Origin: Chrysomallon squamiferum
Lineage: Eukaryota; Animalia; Mollusca
Assembly: GCA_012295275.1 (NCBI GenBank)
Contig: CM022669.1
Span: forward strand, 14,756,001-14,820,000
Length of the DNA stretch: 64,000 nucleotides
Direction of reading: 5' to 3'
This document shows positions 1 to 12,800 of this stretch, in pieces. The notes under the pieces were generated by a model. The model worked only from the letters and a program-made list of their open reading frames with translations. It did not search any database and had not been told where the DNA came from. Position 1 is the first letter of the stretch. The number at the start of each line of letters is the position of its first letter. A program made the translations under genes and the position numbers.

Positions 1-144
1 CAATTTTATGAAAGTGATGAGAACAGTAGAATGTGTCTGGGAATGAAGGATACAGTGAGCATTTGAAACAAACATAGTGAGAAGGTTAAGCATCAGAAAC
101 ACTTAGTTCTCTCAAATTTATGTGAACTTTATGCATACATGTAG
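1..144 (+). pseudogene. Transposase pseudogene fragment
   Basis: Frame 1 reads QFYESDENSRMCLGMKDTVSI*NKHSEKVKHQKHLVLSNLCELYAYM*. This resembles the FYExDENSRxxPGxKDxVSV...KQKRLxLxNLxELY block of invertebrate DNA transposases. In-frame stop at 64-66. Confidence 0.7.
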
Positions 145-751
145 GCCTACAATGTCTTACTCGATGATCAAGAAAGATGGTGATCCCTAGCATCCAGAAT
201 TGATCATTCAGGTTTTAGTTAATCAGATGTTAATGGCTGAAAAGGTGTTATTTTCATGTATGTGCATTTTTTAAATCTATATTGTGGCTAAACAAAAAAT
301 ATTACACCCAGGAAACTTTTATATGTTTTAGTTAACATGTGGGAGATTAAATTTCAATAAAGGTCATCTCAAGATCACGTGATCCACACGGTCAATTTCA
401 AGGTCATAGCAAAGGTCAAAAGGTCAAGGTACTCCAATATTTTCCAAACTAAACAAAAATGGCAGATTTGGTATCCTTGTCATTTTGCCTTTCTAACAAT
501 ACCAATTTTATGAAGATTGGCCCAGTAGTTCCTGAGATATAATGGTTCTAAGGTTGGTGGTCACACCCATTTTTGGCAAAAATCTCAAAATTCGGTGGGC
601 CGTATCTCCCACACCACTGGTCTGATTGAGCTAAAATTTCAGATTTGGTGCTGTGGGATCCCAGTCAACAAGTATACCAAGTTTTATAAAAATCTGAGAC
701 GGTCGGGTTTAAATTTCCTTTTTTTTGGGGTGATTTGACACGGAATGACCC
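1..751 (+). mobile_element. Degenerate, internally deleted DNA transposon, probably Sola2-like (right part only; left end lies outside the window)
   Basis: Transposase-like remnant at 1-144. The right end reads TTTGACACGGAATGACCC (to 751), whose reverse complement GGGTCATTCCGTGTCAAA fits a GRG-type terminus. Subterminal region has repeated AAGGTCA motifs (359-430) and higher GC than the flanking intron, with an abrupt change after 751. Superfamily assignment is from recalled motifs, not a search. Confidence 0.65.
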
Positions 752-971
752 ATAAGCATTATGTTTAGGTATGATAAAATAATTCATCTTTATAATATTA
801 TACAAAGATTTTGGTTTACATTTTTTTTTTAATCCAGTTTAAATATAATATACAGTATATTTCATTTTTATTATTATCTTTTCTTTTCTGTTGTATCATA
901 TATAGACAGAGAGGTATATATTTTTTTTAATTTGTTATTTATTTATATATATATGAATATATTGTTTTTAC

Positions 972-1162
972 CTTGCATATTCTGGAATAGCATTTATAAA
1001 ACCTTCAATATCATGAAAGCCATACTGAACATAGTTCAGTTTTTCCTGTACCAGGGTTCTGTAATCTTTGAGGAACTGGGATGCAACTACTCCCCCTATT
1101 TTTGAAAGCAGCACTGCTCTGACGTTCTTTTTCACTACATCAGGTATGTCTGATGCAGACAT
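972..1162 (-). CDS. First coding exon of an N-terminal LOTUS (OST-HTH) domain protein, TDRD5/TDRD7-like; gene continues beyond the left edge
   Basis: MSASDIPDVVKKNVRAVLLSKIGGVVASQFLKDYRTLVQEKLNYVQYGFHDIEGFINAIPEYAR follows the LOTUS pattern (vraxLxS..gv....dY.......y...Gf..le.f...iP..r). Donor AG|GTAAAA with GT at 971-970 (phase 2). Acceptor TTTTTCAG ending at 1191 implies the exon starts at 1190, preceded by an unlocated 5' UTR exon. TDRD5 versus TDRD7 cannot be resolved. Confidence 0.85.
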
Positions 1163-1399
1163 TTTAAATAACTTTTTCTTTAGTATGTATCTGAAAAATT
1201 AAATATTCAAATACAAAGTACGTACACTACATATTAATGTGTTTAATTACATCAGACTGATTAACGATTAGTAAAATTGAAACAACATTTGACATTATTT
1301 GATTTCCCTTTGAAATAATTACTTTTTATTTTAGTTAATCATTTTTTTTAATTTTAGTTTTGTAAACACATATTTCAATCTCAAAAATGAAATTATCAT

Positions 1400-2084
1400 A
1401 ATAATGATTATCGATATGATGAATATCATGTTTTGAAAGTAAAACTTCACTGAAGTCTCCAGTCGACTCTTTCAAGCTGTATTATTCAATAAAATGCTAT
1501 ATCAATGTCATTTAAACACTTATACTAATATTTGTGCCAAACATTAACAGAATTTCCAAATAAGAATGATTAATTAACAAACCTCTAGAAGTTATTATGG
1601 AACAATTTTATAAACATCGAAAACGCCGCCACCATAAAGCCATTAGAGACAAAACGGAAGTTGAAATTTTCTCGTTACTTTGTACCAAAAAAGCGATGCT
1701 GCCCATACATAATAGTTGTAATAAACTGTTAACTATTATTGTCCCCCAATAAAGAACAAAAATAATATAAAATCATAGAAATGGCATTTTGAGATCTGCT
1801 CAAAATGAAATAGTAAAAAGTTTAAATAAAAAAACAAACAAACAAAATAATTATTAAAATTTCATTCTGGAGTGATTTAAGATAAATTATTTAATCTTTA
1901 TACTAATAATTATATCAAATTGTAGATTCTAGTATCCTAGTATCCTAACGAGATTTCTAAGCATTTATGAAGAAATGTTTAATGTAATCTTTTTTACCGA
2001 AATTGTCAAATGGAGGAATTAACTAAGAAATAGAGTAACAGGAAGTATATGTAATTGTGTTTATTTACATTTATCTTTTTCATC
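1400..2084. promoter_or_regulatory. Putative bidirectional promoter between the LOTUS gene and CIAO2A
   Basis: Divergent ATGs at 1162 and 2085. DRE-like TATCGATA 1409-1416; ETS-like CGGAAGT 1655-1661 and CAGGAAGT 2039-2046; CpG-rich CGCCGCCACCAT near 1624-1635. Confidence 0.6.
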
Positions 2085-2244
2085 ATGCAAAAAATTGTTG
2101 AAATATTTAAGACCGTTGCTTTCCCAAAATCCAATGACGCAGACGAAGAACAATGTATGGATCAAGAGCCTGTTCAAAGCAAAGAAACGTGTGTTGATGA
2201 CACCAAGTCAAAAGAGCTGAAATTATTAGAAGAGACAATTTATG
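2085..2244 (+). CDS. CIAO2A: Cytosolic iron-sulfur assembly component 2A (FAM96A / MIP18 family), coding exon 1
   Basis: ATG at 2085; MQKIVEIF...LEETIY; donor G|GTGAGC at 2245, phase 1, joins exon 2 as IY-D-VIR. Confidence 0.88.
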
Positions 2245-2517
2245 GTGAGCTAGTTTGGAAAGTCCTACATCAAAAATCTTTATTTTGTTTTGCCAGTGTA
2301 ACTTTTACTTTTTGTCATTCTTCTGAATTATGAATGCATTATATAATGCCAAATTTCCGAGTTCATTTCCATCTATTATTTCACTGATTATATTTGTTAT
2401 CGAACAGATGGTGCAAACGTGACCTATGATAAGTCGTAATACCTGCTCAAATGTACTAAAAAGTCTGAGTTGATATAAGTTTTTGCTTAAAACCTCTTTT
2501 TGTTTTCTAATTTATAG

Positions 2518-2682
2518 ATGTCATTCGAGATGTTCATGATCCAGAAAAACCGGAAAATCTCGAAGAACTGAACGTTGTAACAGAGGATTGTGTAACTGTG
2601 TCAACACTGAATGGAGGTCAGCTGATAGTCAGAGTTGAATTTAGCCCAACAGTGCCTCATTGTTCACTCGCTGCTCTCATTG
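2518..2682 (+). CDS. CIAO2A: CIAO2A coding exon 2
   Basis: Acceptor TTTATAG; DVIRDVHDPEKPENLEELNVV...VEFSPTVPHCSLAALIG contains the DPEKP and PTVPHCSLA signatures of FAM96A; donor GT at 2683. Confidence 0.95.
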
Positions 2683-3622
2683 GTATACTGTTTTAATATA
2701 ACTTTATCTCTCTTTCTTTTCTTTTTCTCATAATTAGATATATATAAAACAATATTGGAAGTATTAATAACTTTCAACTACAAAATACTTTAAAAATAAA
2801 TTTTAATGAATGAGAAATAGTACATTAAAGCTTTTGATATTTAGTACAAATTATTTTAGATTTGTTAGAAATATCATATGAAACTATTTCGAGAATAAAC
2901 TTTTAAAATATACATCTGCTGTTAGCACATGTGTGAAAAAACTCTAAATATATTTTATGTACTTTGAAGTAACTGTTTATATGTGTCTCACCACTAATCT
3001 TTGCTTTAAAAAAAGAAAAGAAAAAAAGAATGTATATTAAGTAACAAACTTGAGAAATTATTTTATTTATTTACTTATTTATTTATATTTTTTTATTTAA
3101 TTATTTAATTTTTTATTATTATTATTATTATTTTTGTTATTTATTTATTTATTTATTTATTTATTATTATTTTATTTTAAATAAAAGATATATTTTGCAT
3201 TAGATAATTATACTGATAAAAATGTGATGACTATAATGATATCAGGGTAAATTAATATTTGACACTGTACAAGGAATTCTATTCATTTATTAACAAACTG
3301 GATTAGTCTCATCGTGGGATTCTGTACAAACAGAAACTGAAGACAAAAATCCCTGAAAGACTAAGTCTTCAGCAAACCTTGCAATTACACGTCACAATGA
3401 AAACATGAAAAGGAACATTTCTCCTTTGGTGCATTTGCTCAAAACATCAACATTGAAATAACTGGTCATTTGTTCCAGGTTTTAAAGATACTAGTATATT
3501 TGAAGTTTGGTCTGTTTTATGTTACATTTTAATTTAAAAAAAAAAGTTTCAAACACTGACCCTAATGTTCTATTAGATTTCCATATATCTAACTTTTAAC
3601 TTTAATTTGTGGGTTTCTTCAG

Positions 3623-3678
3623 GGCTTAGTTTAAGAAAAAAGATGGAGAGATGTTTGCCTGAAAGTGAGAAATATAAA
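3623..3678 (+). CDS. CIAO2A: CIAO2A coding exon 3
   Basis: Acceptor TTCTTCAG; (G)LSLRKKMERCLPESEKYK; donor GTAAGA at 3679, phase 0. Confidence 0.92.
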
Positions 3679-3997
3679 GTAAGATTAAATTATTTTTAGT
3701 ATATTCGAAAAGCAGTTTATATATTTATATACATACATACATATATACACACATACATTTATATAATTTTTTTTATATAACACACCACTTTTCTTGCAGA
3801 CATGTGGCTACTACTAACTGAAACCGAAAAATTTATTGTGGATATTTTCCTGTTAGAAATTATTTAAACATTACTTTAATTTTATAATATTTATTTTGAT
3901 GAGAGATTAAAAAAATGTTTAAAAATTCAAGTGTTTTAACACTGATGTTAGCAAAAAGTTTAAATAGTGTTTTATAAAATATGTTTTTATTTTATAG

Positions 3998-4043
3998 ATA
4001 GATATTTTCATAAAAGAAGGAAAACATGAAACTGCTAATGAAA
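3998..4043 (+). CDS. CIAO2A: CIAO2A coding exon 4
   Basis: Acceptor TTTTATAG; IDIFIKEGKHETANE; donor GTAAGT at 4044, phase 1. Confidence 0.92.
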
Positions 4044-4505
4044 GTAAGTAAAAATTAATTTTTTATTATTTTGAAAGTTTTGAAAAATAATTTAAAGTAA
4101 AAATAACAAAAATAGCTTCATTTATCAAGTATAAGCTTATATGAATAAGGTTTTTTATTTTTGAAAATCTGTTTATTTTAAGTGTTTAATAAGATTATTG
4201 TTTGTTTGTTTATTTATATATTTTAGCTTATTGTCAACATAATTTATTTTGTATTTATTTATTATCAGCAGTATTATTATTTATTTATTTATTTATTTAT
4301 TTTAGCTTATTCATTCATTATCTATTTATTGTTAACATAATTTATATTTTAATTATTATTCATTAGTATCATTATTATTTATTTGTTATTTTTTATTTTT
4401 TTTTTTAATTAATTAATTAATTAATTAATTAATTTATTTATATTTGTATTAAATTTTTTAACTGTTTACTGTTTTTAATAACATGTGTTTATGTGTTCAC
4501 TGCAG

Positions 4506-4612
4506 TAAACAAGCAGATAAATGACAAGGAGAGAATTGCGGCAGCTATGGAAAATCCCAACCTCAGAGAACTCATTGAAAAGTGCATTGCTGAATCCGAG
4601 GACACATACTGA
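4506..4612 (+). CDS. CIAO2A: CIAO2A coding exon 5 (terminal)
   Basis: Acceptor CTGCAG; [35 protein letters not shown], the family hallmark [19 protein letters not shown]. Exons sum to 534 nt = 177 aa plus stop. First AATAAA at 4646-4651. Confidence 0.95.
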
Positions 4613-5756
4613 TCAAAATATATATATTTTTTTTTTTCATTTTAAAATAAACCACACCTGGATAACCCTCAGCAAACCACACCAACTCAGGAATTCAGAA
4701 TACTCTGAGAACTACTGTAAAGAAATGTACAGATGATTCTCCAAAGAACAAAAGAAGTGAAAAAAAAAAAAAAAAAAAATAATTTTCTTTTTCAGATTCA
4801 GAATGTTACTGGTATTGATGATGAATCATCCACTGTTAATGATTACACACAATGATTCTTTCAGATGATAAAATTAATCGTCTTATACTGTTTCCATGGT
4901 AACCTAAAAATGAACACATCTTTGACAATAAACCAACTAATACTGCTGATTATAGAAGTGATAATTTGATTGCGAAAATATGGATGATAAAATATATCTG
5001 ATAGTTTTGATAATGTATCTATAATACTGACAGAGGTACGAGGTTTCAGACAACATGAAAAGTATTAAATATGAAATGTTTGCTGCACACTAAATATTTT
5101 TTATGAAGCTACTGCCATTGAGAATATTTTGAATTGGAGAGTAACTGTTAAACAGTGTGATAGTTATAAATTAGTATTTTATGATATTGTGTTATAGAAA
5201 TATATCAGGTGTCAATAGATGTATACGTATGAATATGTTAAAATATATTATAAATTTAAAACGATATAAATAATAGTCAGAACATTAGTTATGTAGAAGG
5301 ACATAATAAGGGCTGTATAATTATATAAACTTGTGTAATGTTGCATTATTATAAAATGCAGTGTATAATGCTGTATTGTGTACTTACTATTAAACCGTAT
5401 CTATACAGTATCCTTCCCATCCTGAGTATAATTAACATTTTGGTTGTTTTGTTTTTGTGTGAATCTATTGCTGAATTGATTGTTGTTAATTTAGTTGTGA
5501 TATTTAACCTGTGTATATGTGTGTATGTGTGTGTGTCTGGGTGTGTGTGTCTGTTTCTCTGTGACCATGTTGCAGAAAATTTGTTACATGTTAATAAATT
5601 AATTTTATAAATTATATTTTCATTATTATTATTTCCTTTAAAAAGTTGACAGAATTTTTATCACTTGCAAAAAAAATGAATTAAAAAAAAAAATAAATAA
5701 AATAAAATAAAATAAAAAATAAAATAAGAAGAAGAAGAAAAATTAAATCTAAAAAA

Positions 5757-5787
<31 letters not shown>

Positions 5788-7787
5788 CGCAGTTTGATTT
5801 ATTCCTTGAGTTAACAGATAATCCATTTACACTGAGATTCATTCAGATGTTGTGCTGTATAACTTATAAATATTTATTTGAACACACACACACAAACAGA
5901 CACATAATCAACCAAGCTCATAACAGCATTAATATAATACTGCGTATTTTAATAGTTCACCATTAAAGTGTAATTCTGAAGTATAACTTTCGGCACTTTA
6001 TTTTCTGCTTTGTGTGCATTTTAAATACACTACCAGCATTCACAATCAGTCAGTTTGGAATAAATTTAATTTTTTTTTTTTTAACCTTTATTATGTACAG
6101 GGTGCATAAGCACATGTATGCTTCAGCACTTTCAAGTTTATATAATTTTTCAGCTGTAAGCATCACATTTCAAGTACACAGACAAAATAAATCATTTTGT
6201 TTGGCAGCATTAATCATTATTTTAATTTCCATTTAAGATTTATTCTGCTTTCTTATGATTATAGCATTAAATATTAGTTGGTATACCGATCCTTGTTAAT
6301 GCAGGTGTAAAAATGTCAATACCTTTTTGGTTCTTGTAAACAAAATTCTTGTATTCAATGTTTGTCATTTTCAGAAGATCCAAATCTGACTGTGTATAAT
6401 TTTTTGATTTAGAACAAAAAAAAATAATTGATGTCTGATGTGATTTATTTAAAAATGTATTTAATATTTTAATTGAAAAGAATAGAAAGATTTATAATAG
6501 TCATTTTTCATAATTATAGGTGTTTGAGTGTGTTTGTGTATGTGTGTGTGTGTGTAGTAGTGTGTGATTTTAAAAATATTTTAACGTTTTATTTTTTTGT
6601 TATTTTTTTTTAACTTATTTATTTACTTATTTTTTATTTTTATTTTTTATATTTAATCAAACAAAGGGTACAAAGCTAATTAATAAAAAAAAAAAAAAAA
6701 AAAATAGAAAATCTTATACGGCCTGAGAGATTAATTGATATGGAGCAAACTTTCTGTGTTTTTTTTTAGTTGATGTTAGTTTTTGAACAAAGAAAAATAA
6801 AAAATGTAATTTATAAAGTGCTGAAAAAAGTGGTGTATTTGAACCTGTTTTTTTTTTTTCATTGATATATTTCTAATTTGACAAATGTGAAGTTTTATTT
6901 TTTAAAGCTTTATTATTTTTTATTTTTTATTTTTTGTATATAGAAGATAACATTAGGTAAAGATTTCAAGATTTCAAAATTTACATATTTAAAGTATTTG
7001 TCAATCTAAGGTGTAAAATTATTCACCCTATTTATATCTTTAATTAATTAATGTCAGCACAATGTTGATTTTACTATTATTGTTGTTGTTGTTGATTTTT
7101 GTTCTTGTTTCATGTACTCATTTAATTTTATATACATAAAATTACTTAATTTGAATACTTTTTGAAAAACAATTTGATTTGTTTTATTTTGTATTTATTT
7201 ATCATTTTTAAACTGTTTTACAAACACATACGCACAAATGCATTTTCATTATTATATAACTGATTGTATTTAATATTGAAAATAAATGTGTAAAATGTTA
7301 AAGTTTTGGATTTTTTTCTCTTTGTTCTTTAGTAATCTTCTGTTGGCGTCTAGATTATAATGCAGACCTTAATGGGACAGTGGGTGGAATGGGTAACACA
7401 GAGAGGAACATATATATTTTTTTTTTACTGCAATGATAAAATGTAAGTAATAAAGACTTAAATGGACTTAGATGGACATACATTTACTCATTTGGTCCCG
7501 TAAAGTCTCAAAAAATTATTTACGTTTTTTACATCTATATATATATCGCTTATTTTATACCAATGAAATATGGTACAAAAACATCTTTTGATCAGATATC
7601 ACAATATTTATAAACAGTTTATCACTTATTTTAATAACATAATATTCATAATCTATTTTACGAAATATAACTATTGTTTTGATACTGTATTAATCTATAA
7701 ATTATATATTTTTTATAAAATATATACCGCTTGTTGTTGATACCGTTATATCAATAAATAGCTTTTTCAAAATATACGTGACATCCC

Positions 7788-7820
7788 TTATTTATTTATT
7801 TATATTTATATTTATATTTA

Positions 7821-7858
<38 letters not shown>

Positions 7859-7927
7859 TTATTTTATTTTATTTTATTTATTTTTATTATTATTATGTTT
7901 TTAATTTTTTTTTTTTTTTTTTTATTA

Positions 7928-7991
<64 letters not shown>
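7788..7991. repeat. (ATT)n / poly-T low-complexity tract
   Basis: Directly visible. Confidence 0.9.
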
Positions 7992-7994
<3 letters not shown>

Positions 7995-8948
7995 GTACTA
8001 TTTGTTAAATAGGCCAACATACGCCGCAATAGCTACTAAAACAGAACGAGACTGAGTATACATGCACCTAGTTTAAATCAAAGGCTACATAAGAATGATT
8101 GTGTGAGGAAAACAAATCTTTTGTCTCCTGATGTCATTTGTTTCTGGAGAGCTTGTACAGTGTCGCGACAGTCATTAAATACAATTAATTTGTTTCACTG
8201 TCAGAAACGAAACTCATCGGTCATTGCAGAGGGAATGTGAAAGCAAAAAAAAAACGACACATTTTGAAATCTTTATGTTGCACACATAATATGTGTGTAT
8301 ATTTATGTAAGTGAATATCAGCGGCGTTTTTTTGTGTGTGTGTGTGTGTGTGTGTTAAATAAGTAAAAAAAAAAAAAAAATAATCCTATGAGAATACGAA
8401 ATAAAATACGTCTGATAAACCGTAACATAAAACTGCCTTTAAGCATTCATTTCAGTTTCTATGATTCTTTTATCCTTTCCTCAAAGTGGCACTAAACTTC
8501 TTTTTGTCTAGACATGTATTTTCATTCTGAAACGGCTGCGTATTTCCCAGTTTGGAAATAATTCGCACTTCATCTGTATTAAGTACAGCGATCAGCAACT
8601 GCTAAATACCTAAAGAATGCCACTTCAAAAATAATTATTACGGTCTTCGGTCGTTGTTTGTATATTTGTATTACGACGTACATTATAACCAGCGACAATG
8701 GAGTTGGGAGAAATACTGATCAGAAGATACGTCTTGAGGTTATTCGGATTAAACGGTAACGGACCCACCGTACAGTTAAAATGTGAAACGGAAAAATAAA
8801 ATAAAATAAATAAATAATAAGGACCAAGGGAATGTTTACATGACATTATCATCATTAAGAAATGTTTTATTTAATGAATGTCTCAAAAAATATATTTAAT
8901 TTACGGGTAGATATACCATGATTACAGGTATCAATAGTCAGGCAAGAA

Positions 8949-9229
8949 CAGTGGTTTTCCAGATCTTGTTTATTTAAAAGCATTTTCCCATGGACTCCAG
9001 GTCTGATTACTCGGCAAGCTGATTTTAATACCTAAAGAACAAACTCGTTTGTACACCTTCATCTTTTAAGTGAAGTATTCGTGTAACTGAAAAAAGATAT
9101 ATGAAATTTTGAAAGTTTATCTTCGTCAGGCCTAATCCTACACTGCAGCTTCTTGAAGTTTTAACTTAGGTCGCTGGCCTCCCAGAACTGCCTTTGTCGA
9201 ACCCCGGGGGTCCGCCATGGTAATCGCTG
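8949..9229. mobile_element. Possible degenerate hAT-type MITE
   Basis: Begins CAGTGGTTTTCCA and ends GAACCCCGGGGGTCCGCCATGGTAATCGCTG (reverse complement CAGCGATTACCA), resembling CAG-terminated hAT MITE ends. No clean 8-bp TSD (GGCAAGAA versus GGTTGGAG). Confidence 0.35.
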
Positions 9230-9818
9230 GGTTGGAGTATGAACTCTTTCAGACAAGGACGTTGTGAGTTTTGGATCACATAGCGAGAACGTAAATAGTA
9301 TGGGAAGAGTTTTGGTTTCGGGATTTATTACTTGTTTATTTATTTATTTATTTAGCCTGTTTAGCCTGTTTATTTTTTATATTTCTGTTAATTGATTTTC
9401 ATTATATTTTATTTTATGTTATTTTTTGTGTGTTTGTTTGTTGGTTGTTTGTTTGGTGTTTTGCTATGTTCATAGTTGCATACAGAAACTACTGTAAGAT
9501 AAAGCAGAGATGCAGAAAAAACAAAGAATTAAAATACAAAGAAAAAAATCAGCGTAAGTTGGAAAACAGAGAAACATAAACAGAAAAGTTTCAAAAGAAT
9601 AATAATAATAAAAAAAAAATAAAAATAAATAAATATAAAATAAAATAAAAATAAAGTAAAAACAGAATCTAGAAATGCGAAATGTCTGATTCTTTTTATT
9701 TCTTCTTTCTGTTTCTGTTTATTTCTAATCTTTATTTATTTATTTTACTTTTTTATCAAAACAGCAGAAATGGTTTAAAAATAGAATAAGTAAGGAATGC
9801 AATATGATGCAAACGACA

Positions 9819-9895
9819 TAATAATAATAATAATAATAAGAAGAAGAAGAAGAAGAAGAAAAAAAAAAAACAACAACAACAACAACAATAATAAA
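9819..9895. repeat. Compound microsatellite (ATA)n(AGA)n(A)n(CAA)n
   Basis: Directly visible. Confidence 0.9.
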
Positions 9896-12800
9896 AACGA
9901 TAGTAATCACGACAGCAATGTCTTTGGCATCGGGGGCGACTGGAAACGTCGACAGAAAACTCCATTTTATATTTTCTTATACACTGGACTTCTCTGCTAC
10001 ACATAACGTACATCATCATCGACGTTTTATTTGTTCAAACATGTTGCACGTATTGTCGCAGAAGGCCATTGTTCTTCAAACGACTACCACAGCAGAAGGT
10101 TAACGAGTGCTGCTCAGTTCACACCTGTTAAAATAGCAAGGTGTGCAGTCTGTTTACCCATTTCGAATCTGTCTGCAAAAACATTCTTTCTAAATGCCTC
10201 TCTCAAATTAAATTCGTTCGTACCAGAGAGCAATATTTTATTTTAGATCGTATTACACCAGGAGGATACTTATATAAGAGAGAAGAGAGAGAGTGTGTGT
10301 GCTAATTGGGACTTTAGTCCTATAAAGAGTAGAGTTTTGCAGATGTTTGAGATATTTTTGTATGCAGAAAGATGAAAAAGGAGCGACAATTTAAAAAAGA
10401 AAAAATCGGTGACCATAATGAAAGGCGAAGAAAAAAGGTGCAAAGCCCACATTAAGTACAATTTTTTGTTTTTTAAAGAAGAAAAATATATAAGAAGAAG
10501 AAGAAGAAAGAAAAAACGCAGAGAAATGTCTAAAAAAAAAAGAAAAAAAAGAAAGAAAAAAATCTAAAGAAAAATTATCGTATTGAAAGGGGTTTTAATT
10601 ATAAGACCAAATAGAGATTGTGCTGTTTGTGCGGTTTTTCCAAAATCTTATTTTTCATTAAGGTTTTAATTAATATCACTTGCTGCTTTAAAACTTCATT
10701 TATATAATTATGGGGAAGGACTATACAGATATCTGGTCACGAATATTCCCTTTCCCACAGGAAGACAATTATGCTGTTGGATATACCAATCATTAAAATA
10801 ATTAATATATATATTTTATTAATAATAAAATAATTCTTCTATTCATGATCTATATTTCGTTGCTAGATAATTGTTCATCCCAAATGAGAGGGTATGTTTT
10901 AAAGAGCTTCTTTTTGTAAGAAAATTGTCGAATCGACATCCTGTGAAAAAATCGGGATATCACAATAACATGATACTGAAACCTTTTTTCCATTATGAGA
11001 TCAATAAATATAAAAAAATAAATAAATAAACAAATAAATAAATAAAATAAAATAAAATAAAATGAAATAAATAAGTGTGAAGTAATTAATAATCATTATA
11101 TTGTACTATAAAATTACTTAACAGAAGCAGTTAAAAAATATATATACAAACAAAACCAAAAAAAAATAAATAAATAAAACAATAGCTTCCTTAAAAATTC
11201 ATTAATCGACACAGGAACCTTTTGTTCACGTAGTGCAGTAAAAATAATAACATAAACATACCCTCCCAATAACATCCTAACAATTTTCTTTTCCCTTTAA
11301 CATTCCTTCAAACAATAGGCTGGCTGTCATACTCTCCTGTATAATAACCTCTGTTCAATTTTGTATGGGAAAGGAACCAAGCTCATTGGAAAATGTTCAA
11401 AAATACCTGTTACTGTCACCGCCATGTGAACATGTTTATAGATTACGTATAATGCCGAACATCGTCGGTGGAAAGAATTACATGCAAAAAAAAAACAACA
11501 AAACAACAGAGATTCCAATCTTAATATCAGTCATACAGCGAAGCATAATGCACAGAATTCCGTGTACTCTGGAATTAATCATGGAACAATATGCAGTTGA
11601 GAAGGATTCAAGATGACAGGATCCTGCGGCACTGGGGTTCGCAATTCAAACAATTTTAAAGACGGCAGCCATATGGAAACGCCCAGTTCTTTGACATTTG
11701 TAAACGAGAAGATGTCCTTTTATTCCTCGTAAAATCGGTGATGGTGCCCGTTGAACAAAGAATTGAAAAAATGTGGATGACAGTATCGAAATACGTCACT
11801 AATTCAAACAGAAAACAAATGTGAAAGAGATACTGGAGTTGTTTTATGGGACTTTTTGTTGTTGGTTGCTTTTTTGGTTTTTTTTTTTTTTAAATTCTTC
11901 TGCTTCTACTTCTTGTTTTTCTTTTTCTCTCTTTTTCTTCTGTAAGTTCTCTCGTAAGTTCTCTTTTACTTTCTCTTTCTCTCTCAACTCTCTCTTTCTC
12001 TTCACTCCCTCTCACTGATATATTTCCTTTAATTCTTTGTGACTTAAAACAATAAACAATATAAAATTAATGATAACAATTATAGTGATACGTAAACACT
12101 CTACAGAAAGGACAAGATTTCAAAATACATCACCTATTTCACTATTTACGTACAAGAAATTGTTTAGCTATGGTTAGACACTTCTGCAGTATTTATTATC
12201 AACACAGTGTGTCTATCCTACTAAGTTACATTAGTTTGGCTCATATTTCCTAAAAGAATTTGATTTGCAATATGATAAAGTTAAAACAGCAAATTTCCAC
12301 TTTTTACACAGAAGAAAAAACAAAATCGAAATATTTATATTACTGGGTACATAATTCAGCTCGAGATATCATTATATATAATCTTTTCGAATACATTTAG
12401 ACAGTTCCTTCAAATTTAGATACAAACTCAAAAAAAAAAAAAAAAAAAAAAATATCTTGGTTTTAAAAGTTTATCCTCCGAGACTTAAAACACTGGCTTG
12501 CCCTATTTTCATACAGTGGTTATTGCTACGAAACAGTTTTTGAACAACCTCCTTCCTCGCAGTATACACTGCGGATTAATTCCCCTTTATTTTTCACACA
12601 TTCGAAACTGACACATTTATGGCTTTATGAAATATATGGACATAGGATAAGATTATTATATCAGTATGGGAAATTACTGTTTTAATTTAATAGCGTTTTT
12701 CTGCCTTTTTCTTCCAGTCAGACTAATTCGTCGCCAGCGGAGATCTGACAGAACCAAGTTTCACTTAACAGAAGACAGCATGCCGTCTGCTTCTTCTTGT

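Noticed and set aside
3223-3355. GTGATGA ... CTGA as a possible intronic C/D snoRNA
   Set aside because: No terminal stem and no recognisable rRNA-antisense element; such motifs are common by chance.
4521-4736. 71-aa ORF in the track
   Set aside because: Out-of-frame shadow of CIAO2A exon 5 and its 3' UTR.
4796-4855. Acceptor TTTTTCAG followed by IQNVTGIDDESSTVNDYTQ*, a possible alternative last exon of CIAO2A
   Set aside because: This frame could only join exon 3, which would remove the conserved [10 protein letters not shown]-terminus. No homology recognised; most likely 3' UTR.
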